This document shows positions 1 through 11,217 of a stretch of DNA of 64,000 nucleotides, in pieces. The notes under the pieces are model-generated. The model worked only from the letters and a program-made list of their open reading frames with translations. It was not told the DNA's origin and did not search any database. Source of the DNA: Blastocladiella emersonii ATCC 22665. Lineage: Eukaryota; Fungi; Blastocladiomycota. Positions within the stretch are counted from its first letter, which is position 1, and every line of letters begins with the position of its first letter. A program made the position numbers and the translations under genes. The stretch covers positions 62,001-126,000 of the forward strand of contig JANHCV010000006.1 in assembly GCA_025594325.1 (NCBI GenBank), given 5' to 3'.

Positions 1-992
1 CGCCATCATCGACTCAAACTACGGCCGTTTTGCACCAGCAACAGGCTGAGCCCGCCGCCACGCAGGTTGAGGGCCGCGTCGTGGTCGGCCTCATCGAGCC
101 TGGCGCCTGTCCCCGCCAACTCGGCCTGCTGTTTGGCCGCCTTCGCCCATCAAGGCGTCAACGTCGCTGGGCTTCTCTCTATGGGCCTTCACACTGCGGC
201 TCCGCTCGACAAGGCGGCTGCAAGCAACGTCGACATCATCATCAAGTTCGGGTCGTCGCCCGCCGTGGTCATGAACGACCAGCGCGCGATTCATTCGCTC
301 CGAAATGCAGCCAGGGATTATGCTAAGCTGACGTCTACTCGATAGGACTACGTCGGACGCGATTGACTCTGTGAGCGAGCACAAGGTCGTATGATAGCGA
401 TAAAGCTGGCGGGCGCAGGTTTCTTTCGACCTCGGCCTTCTCGTGCATGGCCGCCCTCCAGGCCGCCTCCTCGAGCGAGCTGTCGCGGCGGTGCGAGACG
501 CGTTGCGCAATCGCGTGCCAGAGGGCGCCAGATCTGCCTGCCCCTCTCTCCTGCCCTCTCTCCATCCCCTGTTCGAACACACCACGCTCGAAACCCTACC
601 CATGGACTTGATGCAATCTCATGAATACAGCTCGGGTAACATCGAGCTCGCTTGGCTCGGCTTACCGCAGGTAGAAGTGTGAACGCCGCCCTGCAGCTGG
701 CCGAGCCGCGGTTCCCAAGCGCGTCCGCTTCAACTTTTGTTCACGCCACGGCCTGAGGTGGAAGTATCACTCGGCGCTCGTGGTTTTTCATCATAGCTGG
801 CCGGTTTCTTGCGCATCCCACCCGCACTCCCCGCTACATCCGCGCCCCGCTCAAGAACTCCCTGTCGCGCCTCGTCCTCCCGGACGTCAACCCAACTTTT
901 GGCGCAGAACCCGGATCTTACTGTATTTTTATGTGGAACTACAGGCTCGCTCCACCACCGGTTCCGCTGTTGCTTGAACTCGCTTTGCACCT

Positions 993-2411
993 GTGTCGCT
1001 GTATTCGCCTTGGCGACTTGGGGGCCGTCAAATTTACCCCAAGATCTGGAACGGTCGTTGTCTGCGGATGGACGGAATCTATTGTGTCAAGTTCTCAGTT
1101 CTCGACCTAATCGCTTTCGTATGCCATCAGCTCCTTGACGCGTGCAGTCACTGCCTTCCTGGCCCGGCCCAGTCTGGTTTGCTGATTGCGGCCCTCTTCT
1201 ACCTTGCCGTCTCGCGGTGGAAGTCTGCAAGCTATTCTTTTTGCGTTGCTTAGCAAGCCTTGGTATGCAGTTTACACGCCAGCACTTGAAGCTGTGCATT
1301 GCGCCAACGGTCCGTTGGAATTCGCCCTCCAAGGATCGCCAGTCCATCACGCTCCAACGAACTCCACGGATATGTGTCTTGTTTCCTCAGGCACAACTCG
1401 CAAATGTTGAACCAGGTACGCAGCGCCTGTGTGCAGGCGGCCGTGGATATACACATGAATGAGGCCTTTTTGCCGCTACTTGCCCGGTTCTCCAACCCGG
1501 TCGCGGCTGGTATTCCGTCTTGAAACGATATCGGGGGCGTATGCCTCAACGTATTGTGTTTTCCCAAATCGGACAAAGGCGACTGCGAGCCCTTCGACCA
1601 GCTTGGCGAGAGAGTCCGTCTCTTCCGTTGCAGACGGTCGTTTGCGGGTCAGCCCGCCTGGCGCATTCCTTTCCTCGCGCTTATGGACGTGAGTACCAGC
1701 AAGTCTCAGCACTACAAGTACCTCGTGCCGCCGTCCGGGATGGCTTCGTGCTACAATGCGAGCACGTTGAAGTTGGCAAAAACGATGATACTGGCTGGCA
1801 GTACACTTGCGACCGCCTCAGCTTGGATCAGCTTGTAAGCCGGGTCCTTTTCTTGGGTGATTCGTGTGAGATGTTCCGTTCGGTTCCGCGACCTGCAGGA
1901 TGAGGTAGAGGCGAAGGAGAAAACACTTTCCCTCCGCTGAACTGCAGATCCACGTTGAGCGACGTGACAACGTTACCTTCACGCTCGGCGGATCGGAACC
2001 CACTGCTGCTCCTGTTAATGCTACTGCTGGTTTTCCGCTGCAATCAATCAATCTCCTTGAGAGCTCCTGATCTGATCGACTGGAGAAGGGAGCGCGTCGA
2101 CTGCGCGTGAGTCGTGCACATACGCAACAACGTGTTGGTTGGGTGGTCAGTTGGCTGGTGGTTTGGCGCGAGTTTGCAGGCATGACATTGTTCTCAGCTG
2201 TAGCTTTAGCGAAGCTGAGTTTCTGTTTGAGCAATTGAAACCTATCAGAGACATCAACCTGCACGTGAACCAAGCTTTGTCTGCAGTTCTGGCCCCCGAC
2301 CCCAACTCTCTTGGTCTAGCTCTCATTCCAAGTCCCCGACTCCCCGCATTGGCCTCAGCCCGGTGTAATAAAAATTCTGACACTGCTTATTTGATGCGGC
2401 GACCTACTTGA
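993..2411 (+). pseudogene. Possible decayed long ORF of unknown family
   Basis: ORFs 993..1253, 1299..1523, 1554..1838 and 2139..2411 share one frame and are separated by stops; lower GC than core genes; no recognisable motif. Confidence 0.3.
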
Positions 2412-3328
2412 ACGTCTTTGAGTGCGCGGCAAGTCGCAGCGACAGTGGAGCGGTCAGTCGCTGGTGTCTCCCACTGCTGCGCCACCCGCTGAGCCACCCG
2501 CTGAGCCACCGCTCTCCGACCCCGCCTGCAGCTCCGTTGCCAACCGTTACGACTGCTTTCGAAGAACAACAATCAGCGCAGCATCAAGGTCGCGCAAAAA
2601 ATCATTATGAAGCAGCCGGCGCAAAATATAGGTCCTCTATTCCCGCTGTTTCCCCAAACTGACTTCAATCTGGCCGCCCGAACTGTCGCGCTTTGATCCG
2701 TCTTTTTCTTTTTCTTGAAGCGCAAAAAAATTGAAAGTTTGTGAATCGCCCGATTACCGAGGTAGTTCAAGGTCATAGATCTCGGTTGTCGTTTGCAAGG
2801 AAATGATTTCATTCTTGGCGATGGGTACCGTCTACAAAGTGATTACTGAGGGGTAGCGATGACGTGACGTACACATTGACTGGAGAAAGCTCAACATGCA
2901 CGCAGCAAGGCGAGAGCGGTGCAACGCGACCCCAAAACAGACAGAGTACAACACCGGGGTCCACAACCACGGCTGGATCGCGCCCGCTAACTGAGCCTAG
3001 CCCGGCGATAAGAAAGAAGGGTCAGCAGCGTCAGGCGTGTACGCGCCCGCTGTATCGCACTGAAAGTAGTCAGCCGCAAATTGTACTCGACACCGCGTAC
3101 TACGTCGTGCGGGTCGACCTGCACGACACAATTCTGTCTCGCTCCAACGCGTCGTTGATAAGGTTAAGGGCGAGGCGCACATGTACGTCGTTGACGCGAT
3201 GGACATCAAGGACGGGCCCTGCGTCGAGATCATCTTGGGCTCGGTCCTGATCGCTGGTCAGACGTCGGCCGCGTGCAAAAGATACTCACGGCGACGCTTG
3301 TTGCGTTCCGCTCGATAGCCATCGCCCA

Positions 3329-3425
3329 GAAACCACGCAGAACCGTAGGTGATGGATAAGCCACTTCACGTGATATTCGTAGACTAATAAAACCAAAACA
3401 AACGACCTGGTCTGAACCCCGCCTC
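3329..3425 (+). repeat. DIRS left inverted terminal repeat
   Basis: GAAACCACGCAGAACCGTAGG...GAACCCCGCCTC is the reverse complement of 7009-7105 with one mismatch (GACCTGG versus GACCCGG). Confidence 0.93.
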
Positions 3426-3518
3426 TTCACGTCACGCCCGACCGGCAACTGATTTGGTCCACGGCGACGCTGTCGCCCTGTAACTCCACGCAATCTGCTC
3501 TACACACACTACTCTTTC

Positions 3519-3596
3519 ATGGACGATGCAGCAGTCCTGGGCCAGGCGTTCCTCGGCCTCCAGCAGGAAGTCGCTGTACTCTGCCAGCAGCTCGGG

Positions 3597-3631
<35 letters not shown>

Positions 3632-4676
3632 ACATGAACAACAACAAGCAGAAGCTGATCCTCATGCGTCCTCCCCACTGGCGCCCTTGCACCGCGCGGA
3701 CCCTCCACGCGGCAGGGCTCTCGCCAGCTGGTACGAGCGCGCCCGTGGCGGTCATGCCCTCACGCAGCCGCTTCTGGACTCCTTCATCGACAACCGCGCG
3801 GGTGGCCGCCTCCAGAACCACGGGTTCGGCCAGCAGTACCCTGCGCCTGATCATCCCCTCTTCAACTCGCTGTCCGAGATCGACGTCTTTGCCCGCGTTG
3901 GCTTTGAGGGCGCTTCCGGTACCGGCTGGACCCATGCTGTGGTCGAGAAGCGCCTGCGCGACTACCAGTCCAAGCTCAACCTCAGTGCTCGCGTCGCGCT
4001 ACAGCAGCTGCACTACGCTCAAGAGCTTCTACGCCGCGTCGATCCAGACGGCTTCCGCCGCTGCTATGGCGACGCCGCCGGTGACGCGCTCGGTCCGGAC
4101 GACCTCGCCGGCTTCGTCTACCCGCCCAAGCCCATGTTCGACGCCAACGGCCAGCCCGTCCTTGACGGGGCAGGCCAGCAGCTCATCGAGACGTACCTGC
4201 ATCCCCCTCGTCTCGTCGCGACCCTCTGGGCCATGCACAATGCAGCGCGCGACCAGCTCGCGCACAACCGGCACCATTTCGGCCTTCTCAAAGCTGCGCG
4301 TCGCGACAACGTGGCCGCTGGCGCCCGCTTCCCGGCGGCGGTCGCCGAGTTCGTCCGCTCGGTCCCCAGCGACGGTGACCGGTTCCTCTTTGGTCCCAAT
4401 GTCGAGCGCACCTTCGACGCCGCTCGCACGGTCCAGTCTACCAACGCTATCATCAAGCTCGCCAACAGGGCGGGAAACGCCTCGGGCGGCGACGGCAGTG
4501 GTCGTGGCGGCGCCGCATCTTCCCAAGGCGCCCCAGCCGCGCAGGGGCGCGGCTGGGGTCGCGGTGGCTTCCGCGGCCACCAGCAGTACCAGCAGCAGTA
4601 CCAGCAACCTCAACAGCAGCGGCCTCAACAGCAGCAGCCTCAACAGCAGCCGCAGTCCAACCCAAAGCTCAACTAG
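3519..4676 (+). CDS. DIRS ORF1, gag-like protein with poly-Gln tracts
   Basis: 385-aa ORF just inside the left ITR and upstream of the RT. Assigned by position; no diagnostic motif. Confidence 0.7.
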
Positions 4677-6655
4677 CGGCCGTTGCAACAGTCGCGCCGG
4701 CGGCCAGCTCCGAGGACGAGATCTTCCTGTCGACGCTCGCCAAGGGCACGCGTTTCCCGCTCGAGGTGGTCAACACGTCCATGAGGGCGGACCAGTGGGC
4801 CTCGAGGACGACCAACGTCGAGGCGCGCAAGATGGCGACCAAGGGCGTCCGCCTGTCGTTCATGACGCCGCCGCCGGATCGTTCGGCGGCGCCGATGCGC
4901 GAGTTCCGCCACTCGGACAAGGACCTGGCCAAGATCACGCTGCAGATCGACGAGCTCATCGCGACGGGGGCAGTGGAGCCGTGCCCGCGTCCGCGGTACC
5001 TGTTGTCGCCGTTCCTTGTCCGCTAGCCCAACAAGGACCGGCTCTGCTTTGACATGTTGGAGCTGTCTGAGCACCTGACGCGCAACTCGTTCAAGATGGA
5101 GTCGCTCGCGGTGGCGACGCCGATGCTGTCCAGGGGATGCTACCTGGCCAAGCTCGACCTCAAGTCGGCGTACCACAGTGTGCCAGTGCACCCCGCGCAC
5201 CGCGACTTCCTGGCCTTCAACTGGGCCGGTCGGACGTGGCGCTGGCGCGTCCTCCCGTTTGGTCTTGGGTTGGCGCCGCGCCTGTTCACCAAGGTGATCC
5301 AGGGCGCGCTCCAGCCGTTGCGCGCGGCGGGGCACAAGTTCGTCCAGTACATCGACGACATTCTGGTGATTGGCGAGACACCCGAGCAGGTGCGCGCGAC
5401 TCTCGCCGCTCTTGCTCGCCAGCTGCTGGCCCTGGGCTACACCCTGAACCTGACCAAGTCGTGTCTCGTCCCCGCCCGCGTCCAGACGTTCCTCGGGTTC
5501 AAGATCAACACGACCAACATGACGCTGTCGCTCCCCAAGGAGAAGGTCCGCAAGATCGAGCGCGAGTGCCGCTCGCTGCTTGCGGCGGGTCGGTGCTCAG
5601 CGCGCCGGCTGGCAGCGGTCCTTGGCATGCTCAACTCAACGGCGCAGGGGTTCCGGCCAGCGCTGATCCAGCAGCGGTGGCTCCAGCGCTGCCTGTCATT
5701 TGGCCTCGCGCGCACGTCGTCGTGGGCGGCGACGATTCCAATCTCGCCGAGCGCCCGCAAGGAGCTGACGTGGTGGGTGACCAACGTTCGTCGCTGGAAC
5801 GGTCGTTTGTTCATCCCGCCAACCGCGGCCATCGAGTTCACGACCACAACAGACGCCAGCCAGACGGGCTGGGGGATCGTTTTCTCAGACGGCACAACGC
5901 AGGGGTCGTGGTCGCCGTGGGAGGCGGCGCAGTCGAGCAACTACCGCGAGCTCAAGACGATCCTGTTCGCCGTCAAGATCAAGTGCCGCGAGTGGTTGGG
6001 TCGGGCGGTGCAGCTCCGGTCCAACAACACGACAGCGATCGCCATGGTCAACAAGCAGGGCGGCACGGCGTCGCCCAAGCTGCTGGCGCTGGCCAAGGAG
6101 CTGTGGTCGCTCCTGCTCGAGTACAACATCCACCTGACGGCGTTGTTCATCAAGGGCGTCGAGAACGTGGCGGCGGACTGCGCGAGCCGGGTCCTCGTCA
6201 ATCGGCACCGGTACTCGCTGACGTTGGCGGCGTTCAAGCGCGCCATGGCGGCGCTGCGCGCGAGCCCGACAGTCGACCTGTTCGCCAACCAAGTCAACAC
6301 GCAGCTCCCGGCCTACTACTCGCTGCAGCCGGATCCGCAAGCACTGGGCACCGACGCGTTCAAGTTCCAGTGGCCAAGGACGGGCGCGTACGCGTTTCCG
6401 CCGCCGAACCAGATCGCGCGGGTCGCCCAACGGGTGCGATCGGCGCGGATTTGCGATCTGATCCTCGTCACGCCGGCGTGGCAGTCGCAGCCGTGGTACC
6501 TGGCGCTGCTCCCGCTCGCGACGGCCAAGCCGCTGCACCTGCCTTCCAGCGCGGTGCTGCGGGAGTCGCCGACTACGCACCGTGTTCATCTGTCAGCATT
6601 GGGTGTCTTTGTCTGGCGGCTACAACACGATGCGTGGCGCGACTCGAGCAGCTGA
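4673..6655 (+). pseudogene. DIRS pol: reverse transcriptase, RNase H and Dam-like N6-adenine methylase, interrupted by an in-frame TAG
   Basis: RT motifs KLDLKSAYHSVP, LPFGLGLAP, YIDDIL, FLG; RNase H TDAS...WG, NYREL, SNNTTA, NVAAD; methylase VDLFA and YAFPP. ORFs 4766..5026 and 5054..6655 share a frame, split by TAG at 5024-5026. Confidence 0.9.
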
Positions 6656-6848
6656 GCTCGCCCAAAACGCGTCCTTCCTTGGCCCGCCGCGTGCTCCAGC
6701 TCCTCGCACTCGCAGTGCACCTGTTCCTCGTCCTCTGCCGCCCGTCCCGCACCATGGTCAAGATCGCGCTCCGCGGCCAAGTGGGACTGCTGCCACGCGC
6801 CGCGTCCACAGCGCCTGCGTGCTTGGGGTTGTGGCTACGGCACAAAAA

Positions 6849-6924
6849 ATCCATCACCTACGGTTCTGCGTGGTTTCTTGAGGCACCACCGCTAGAGCCA
6901 CTGAAGGTGGCGTGTGGTGATGGA
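6849..6924 (-). repeat. DIRS internal complementary region (ICR)
   Basis: ATCCATCACCTACGGTTCTGCGTGGTTTCT is complementary to the left terminus and is joined to TGAGGCACCACCGCTAGAGCCACTGAAGGTGGCGTGTGGTGATGGA, complementary to the right-end extension. Together they form a pre-built circle junction. Confidence 0.9.
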
Positions 6925-7008
6925 AACCACACAGACCGGGCCCACCCACGCAGCTGCAGCCGCGTCTCCTCTCCCTTTGTTTCTCTCATCCGGTTGGGCA
7001 TGCCGCTT

Positions 7009-7105
7009 GAGGCGGGGTTCAGACCGGGTCGTTTGTTTTGGTTTTATTAGTCTACGAATATCACGTGAAGTGGCTTATCCATCACCTACGGTTCTGCGTG
7101 GTTTC
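7009..7105 (-). repeat. DIRS right inverted terminal repeat, followed by a right-end extension (7106-7160)
   Basis: Reverse complement of 3329-3425; the extension is complementary to the ICR. Confidence 0.93.
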
Positions 7106-7969
7106 CTCCATCACCCACCACACGCCACCTTCAGTGGCTCTAGCGGTGGTGCCTCAAGAACGCGAGTCAGGGTGACGCCCAGCTCATCATCCTCACGGGC
7201 TTTGCCGCGCTCAACAAGGAGCTCAGCTGCAATGTGTACACGACCAATATTGAGGTTGGCGGTGCCCAAATCATACACTGCGGCGCTTCATGGCGTTGTC
7301 CAAATTATCCAAGTTTTTATTAACCTTCCCGCCCACTGCAACACACCGCGCTTGATCCTTCACCCGCCAATCAGCAACCCAGCGACCGTCGCTGCCGCGG
7401 ACCTGGCCTTGGCCTTCTTGTCAGTGGCTTCTTTGTTTGCAAAGGGTGCCGCCAATGAAGCCTCGTACCAGTTCGGCGAGGTGGATCGCAAGCTTACGAA
7501 CCGCAACACAGAAAGCACACGGCTGGTACAGGTGCGTGAGGTCGACTGGTTCTTAGACTGCTTCTCATGGACCGGGACCATGAGCAGGTGCTTGGGCGAA
7601 CGTTCTCTCCAGCAAGGCTGCGGACAATCCGCGCTCAGGAACAAGGCGGCGTGGGCGGCTGCGACCTTGGTCACGAGGGCTTCTCCCGCTCCTCAACTTT
7701 GTTAACTCGGTTTACTTAACTGGCACAGACTATCAGGCAGCCAGCGCGACTTGTTTGAGTCCAGCTTCAGTTCCAACCATGAGCCACGGCTTTGAGTGCT
7801 TGCTCAACCGAATAACGTGATTTTCCGCGGCCACAATGCTCATGGCCGTGGGGGAGTTGGCCATGGACGCGTGCCTACTGCGCGCATTGTACCTGCGCTG
7901 CTGTTCTCATCATTGACACGGCAGACTAAAGCTACAGCTGAGACCCAAGTGTGTGCGCAGCACACACAC

Positions 7970-8006
7970 CTAGTACTTGATGCACCTAAACGCTTTCGCG
8001 TTTGGT
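7970..8006 (-). mobile_element. Candidate Helitron 3' terminus (mirror copy)
   Basis: Palindrome mirror. Confidence 0.5.
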
Positions 8007-8155
8007 TTTCAATTGAGGGCTAAAGCCCCCGCCACGTTTGGTGCACGAGTGGTGGAGGTGCTGTCGCGTGCGTCCCGCACAGGAGGTTTAGGTGATCAAG
8101 CTATGGAAATCGTGCTATTGATGGATTAGATGATGGAATACACTACGTTAATACT

Positions 8156-9613
8156 CTACTGTGTTTTCTGTTTCTTGGCGTTCTGTGAGCCGTCCTCGCC
8201 TCCAGCACGTTTGTTGGCCAATCGCCAAAACCTTGCATTGAGAGCATCTGACGCGCGCTTGGCGACTAGCTTCTCAGCCGCGTGCTGACGCGAGAAGAGA
8301 ATCGCGTCATTGAAGAGCTTGGCGATGCGCGGGTCGCCTGGTGCGATGGCTGTACCTTGATCAAAGGCAGGCTTGGTCAGCTCGTCGAGCATCTGGAGCC
8401 GCTTGTCCTCGGCCACTGCAAGTGGATCCGGCTTCCATGGACTTGAGCACGGCTCTTGGGATCGGCTGAAGCACCCACAGGTACTTTGAGCGACGAAGCT
8501 GCGATAACGCCACGTACAGGGAAGCGCCGCTGATGAGACGCTCCATGCCCGCGGGACGCAGATCTGCCAGGGCGATGGCGTTCTTGGTCACGCCTTGAAC
8601 CCCGTGGACCGTCATGGCGAAGGCTGGGACCATTGGGTACTGCTCAATGTGCGTGACGACGACATGATTAGGATACTTGCTCCTGTTGGCTTTGGTTTTG
8701 GTTTTGGTTTTGGTTTTGGTTTTGGTGTTGTTGACACAGAGCGGGAGCGAATCCCCCGTTGTGCTGACGACCCGCTCTCGCAACGTGGAACCGCCCGCCA
8801 TGTACAGGAAGTCCTTCTTCTCCACAGCAAGCGGGATGACCGTGTCAGGCCACGCGGCCAGCATGCCTGGGAAGCGAGGGCCACAAGGAGCGTCGGGCAG
8901 GTCGATCCACACGTTGAGTGGAGCGCAGGATGGCCGGTACATGTTGGACGCGGTTCGCGTGAATGTGGTCTCAGGCTTCCAGTCAATGTGGTGCACAACG
9001 CCAACCGCACTGTTCGCGCACCCCTTTGCTACGCACTCGTTGGTCTTGACGCGCATCTCCATTCCAACAAAGAGCTTGAGGATGGCTGGCAGTTCAGTCG
9101 TGGTTTCTGGCTCTCCTTTGAGGCAGAACACGTCCTTGTCGCAGATGGCGACGCGTTCACGCGTGCGACGCCTATCACACGGGCGCGTGATGTTGCCCTT
9201 GATCTGGAACATGATGCGGTTTGGGTTTGCTGCTGCAAGCCGTGTGTAGAGCAGGTTGAAGGCGTGGCGCGTGTGGTTGTTGGGCGCGATAACCGTGAGT
9301 CTGGGCTTCTTGAGGATCTCCTTGAGGACGTTTTTGCCGTTTTTGTCGACTCTGCTGCTGAAGCTGAGTGGTCGTACGCGAGTTGATCAGGTTGCACAGC
9401 GTGTCCGACGCCTCGACGAGGCAGAGCGCGTTCATTTCGTTGCCCCATGGTGGATTGTTGGCAAATCGGTTGCTCTTCACGAGACAAACAGCGCGTGTAG
9501 TGCGCCAGTGCGCGACCTGGACTCGATCCACGTGCTCGGGGACCGTCAATTGATTTGACGTCATGCGCAGGTAGAACGAGTCTGGCGCGTCGTTGAGCAC
9601 GGCGGGCACCTTG
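8156..9613 (-). pseudogene. Helitron-like PIF1 (SF1B) helicase, C-terminal half, frameshifted
   Basis: Motifs LPAILKLFVGMEMRVKTN...AN(S)AVGVV, QYPMVPAFAMTVHGVQGVT and YVALS(Q)L, then AEDKRLQMLDELT in another frame. Walker A/B are absent because the fold-back cuts the gene. Confidence 0.8.
9574..9613. other. 40-bp non-palindromic loop at the palindrome centre
   Basis: Sequence GAACGAGTCTGGCGCGTCGTTGAGCACGGCGGGCACCTTG; pairing fails at 9574/9613. On the minus strand it reads in frame with the helicase (YKVPAVLNDAPDSFYLRM). Confidence 0.95.
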
Positions 9614-11031
9614 TACCTGCGCATGACGTCAAATCAATTGACGGTCCCCGAGCACGTGGATCGAGTCCAGGTCGCGCACTGGCGCACTACACGCGCTGTT
9701 TGTCTCGTGAAGAGCAACCGATTTGCCAACAATCCACCATGGGGCAACGAAATGAACGCGCTCTGCCTCGTCGAGGCGTCGGACACGCTGTGCAACCTGA
9801 TCAACTCGCGTACGACCACTCAGCTTCAGCAGCAGAGTCGACAAAAACGGCAAAAACGTCCTCAAGGAGATCCTCAAGAAGCCCAGACTCACGGTTATCG
9901 CGCCCAACAACCACACGCGCCACGCCTTCAACCTGCTCTACACACGGCTTGCAGCAGCAAACCCAAACCGCATCATGTTCCAGATCAAGGGCAACATCAC
10001 GCGCCCGTGTGATAGGCGTCGCACGCGTGAACGCGTCGCCATCTGCGACAAGGACGTGTTCTGCCTCAAAGGAGAGCCAGAAACCACGACTGAACTGCCA
10101 GCCATCCTCAAGCTCTTTGTTGGAATGGAGATGCGCGTCAAGACCAACGAGTGCGTAGCAAAGGGGTGCGCGAACAGTGCGGTTGGCGTTGTGCACCACA
10201 TTGACTGGAAGCCTGAGACCACATTCACGCGAACCGCGTCCAACATGTACCGGCCATCCTGCGCTCCACTCAACGTGTGGATCGACCTGCCCGACGCTCC
10301 TTGTGGCCCTCGCTTCCCAGGCATGCTGGCCGCGTGGCCTGACACGGTCATCCCGCTTGCTGTGGAGAAGAAGGACTTCCTGTACATGGCGGGCGGTTCC
10401 ACGTTGCGAGAGCGGGTCGTCAGCACAACGGGGGATTCGCTCCCGCTCTGTGTCAACAACACCAAAACCAAAACCAAAACCAAAACCAAAACCAAAGCCA
10501 ACAGGAGCAAGTATCCTAATCATGTCGTCGTCACGCACATTGAGCAGTACCCAATGGTCCCAGCCTTCGCCATGACGGTCCACGGGGTTCAAGGCGTGAC
10601 CAAGAACGCCATCGCCCTGGCAGATCTGCGTCCCGCGGGCATGGAGCGTCTCATCAGCGGCGCTTCCCTGTACGTGGCGTTATCGCAGCTTCGTCGCTCA
10701 AAGTACCTGTGGGTGCTTCAGCCGATCCCAAGAGCCGTGCTCAAGTCCATGGAAGCCGGATCCACTTGCAGTGGCCGAGGACAAGCGGCTCCAGATGCTC
10801 GACGAGCTGACCAAGCCTGCCTTTGATCAAGGTACAGCCATCGCACCAGGCGACCCGCGCATCGCCAAGCTCTTCAATGACGCGATTCTCTTCTCGCGTC
10901 AGCACGCGGCTGAGAAGCTAGTCGCCAAGCGCGCGTCAGATGCTCTCAATGCAAGGTTTTGGCGATTGGCCAACAAACGTGCTGGAGGCGAGGACGGCTC
11001 ACAGAACGCCAAGAAACAGAAAACACAGTAG
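9614..11031 (+). pseudogene. Helitron-like PIF1 helicase C-terminal half (mirror copy)
   Basis: ORFs 9593..10012, 9975..10826 and 10771..11031 carry the helicase in successive pieces with frame changes. Confidence 0.8.
10461..10496 (+). repeat. (ACCAAA)n microsatellite inside the helicase frame (mirror near 8691-8726)
   Basis: About six ACCAAA units encoding TKTKTKTKTKTK. Confidence 0.9.
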
Positions 11032-11180
11032 AGTATTAACGTAGTGTATTCCATCATCTAATCCATCAATAGCACGATTTCCATAGCTTGATCACCTAAA
11101 CCTCCTGTGCGGGACGCACGCGACAGCACCTCCACCACTCGTGCACCAAACGTGGCGGGGGCTTTAGCCCTCAATTGAAA

Positions 11181-11217
11181 ACCAAACGCGAAAGCGTTTA
11201 GGTGCATCAAGTACTAG
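11181..11217 (+). mobile_element. Candidate Helitron 3' terminus (hairpin plus CTAG)
   Basis: Hairpin ACCAAACGC-GAAA-GCGTTTAGGT (11181-11203), then CTAG at 11214-11217, about 180 bp downstream of the helicase stop. The next base is G rather than the usual T. Confidence 0.5.

Larger units (their letters stand above)
3328..7160 (+). mobile_element. DIRS1-type (tyrosine-recombinase class) retrotransposon, 3833 bp, recombinase not found
   Basis: 97-bp inverted terminal repeats, a right-end extension, an internal complementary region, a gag-like ORF and an overlapping RT-RNase H-methylase ORF. AGAA occurs at both ends. Confidence 0.92.
1..9573. repeat. Left arm of a giant inverted repeat (palindrome); may extend beyond the window start
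   Basis: Every ORF here has a same-length opposite-strand mirror at 19187-x (e.g. 5054..6655+ and 12532..14133-). Spot checks match: position 1 CGCCATCATCGACTC versus 19172-19186; the arm ends ...GCGCAGGTA at 9573. Confidence 0.98.

Noticed and set aside
2483-2512. 12-bp tandem repeat GCCACCCGCTGA
   Set aside because: About 2.5 units; a simple slippage repeat with no further structure.
5137-7050. 637-aa overlapping ORF as the DIRS tyrosine recombinase
   Set aside because: Shadow frame of GC-rich pol with Ala/Arg/Gly/Pro composition and no R-HxxR-Y catalytic motifs.
8691-8726. (TTTTGG)n as a telomeric tract
   Set aside because: Only about six units, internal, and in frame within the helicase; a microsatellite.
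9574-9613. Palindrome loop as a leftover sequencing hairpin adapter
   Set aside because: It does not resemble the SMRTbell adapter and reads as in-frame helicase sequence. An adapter-free chimera is still possible.
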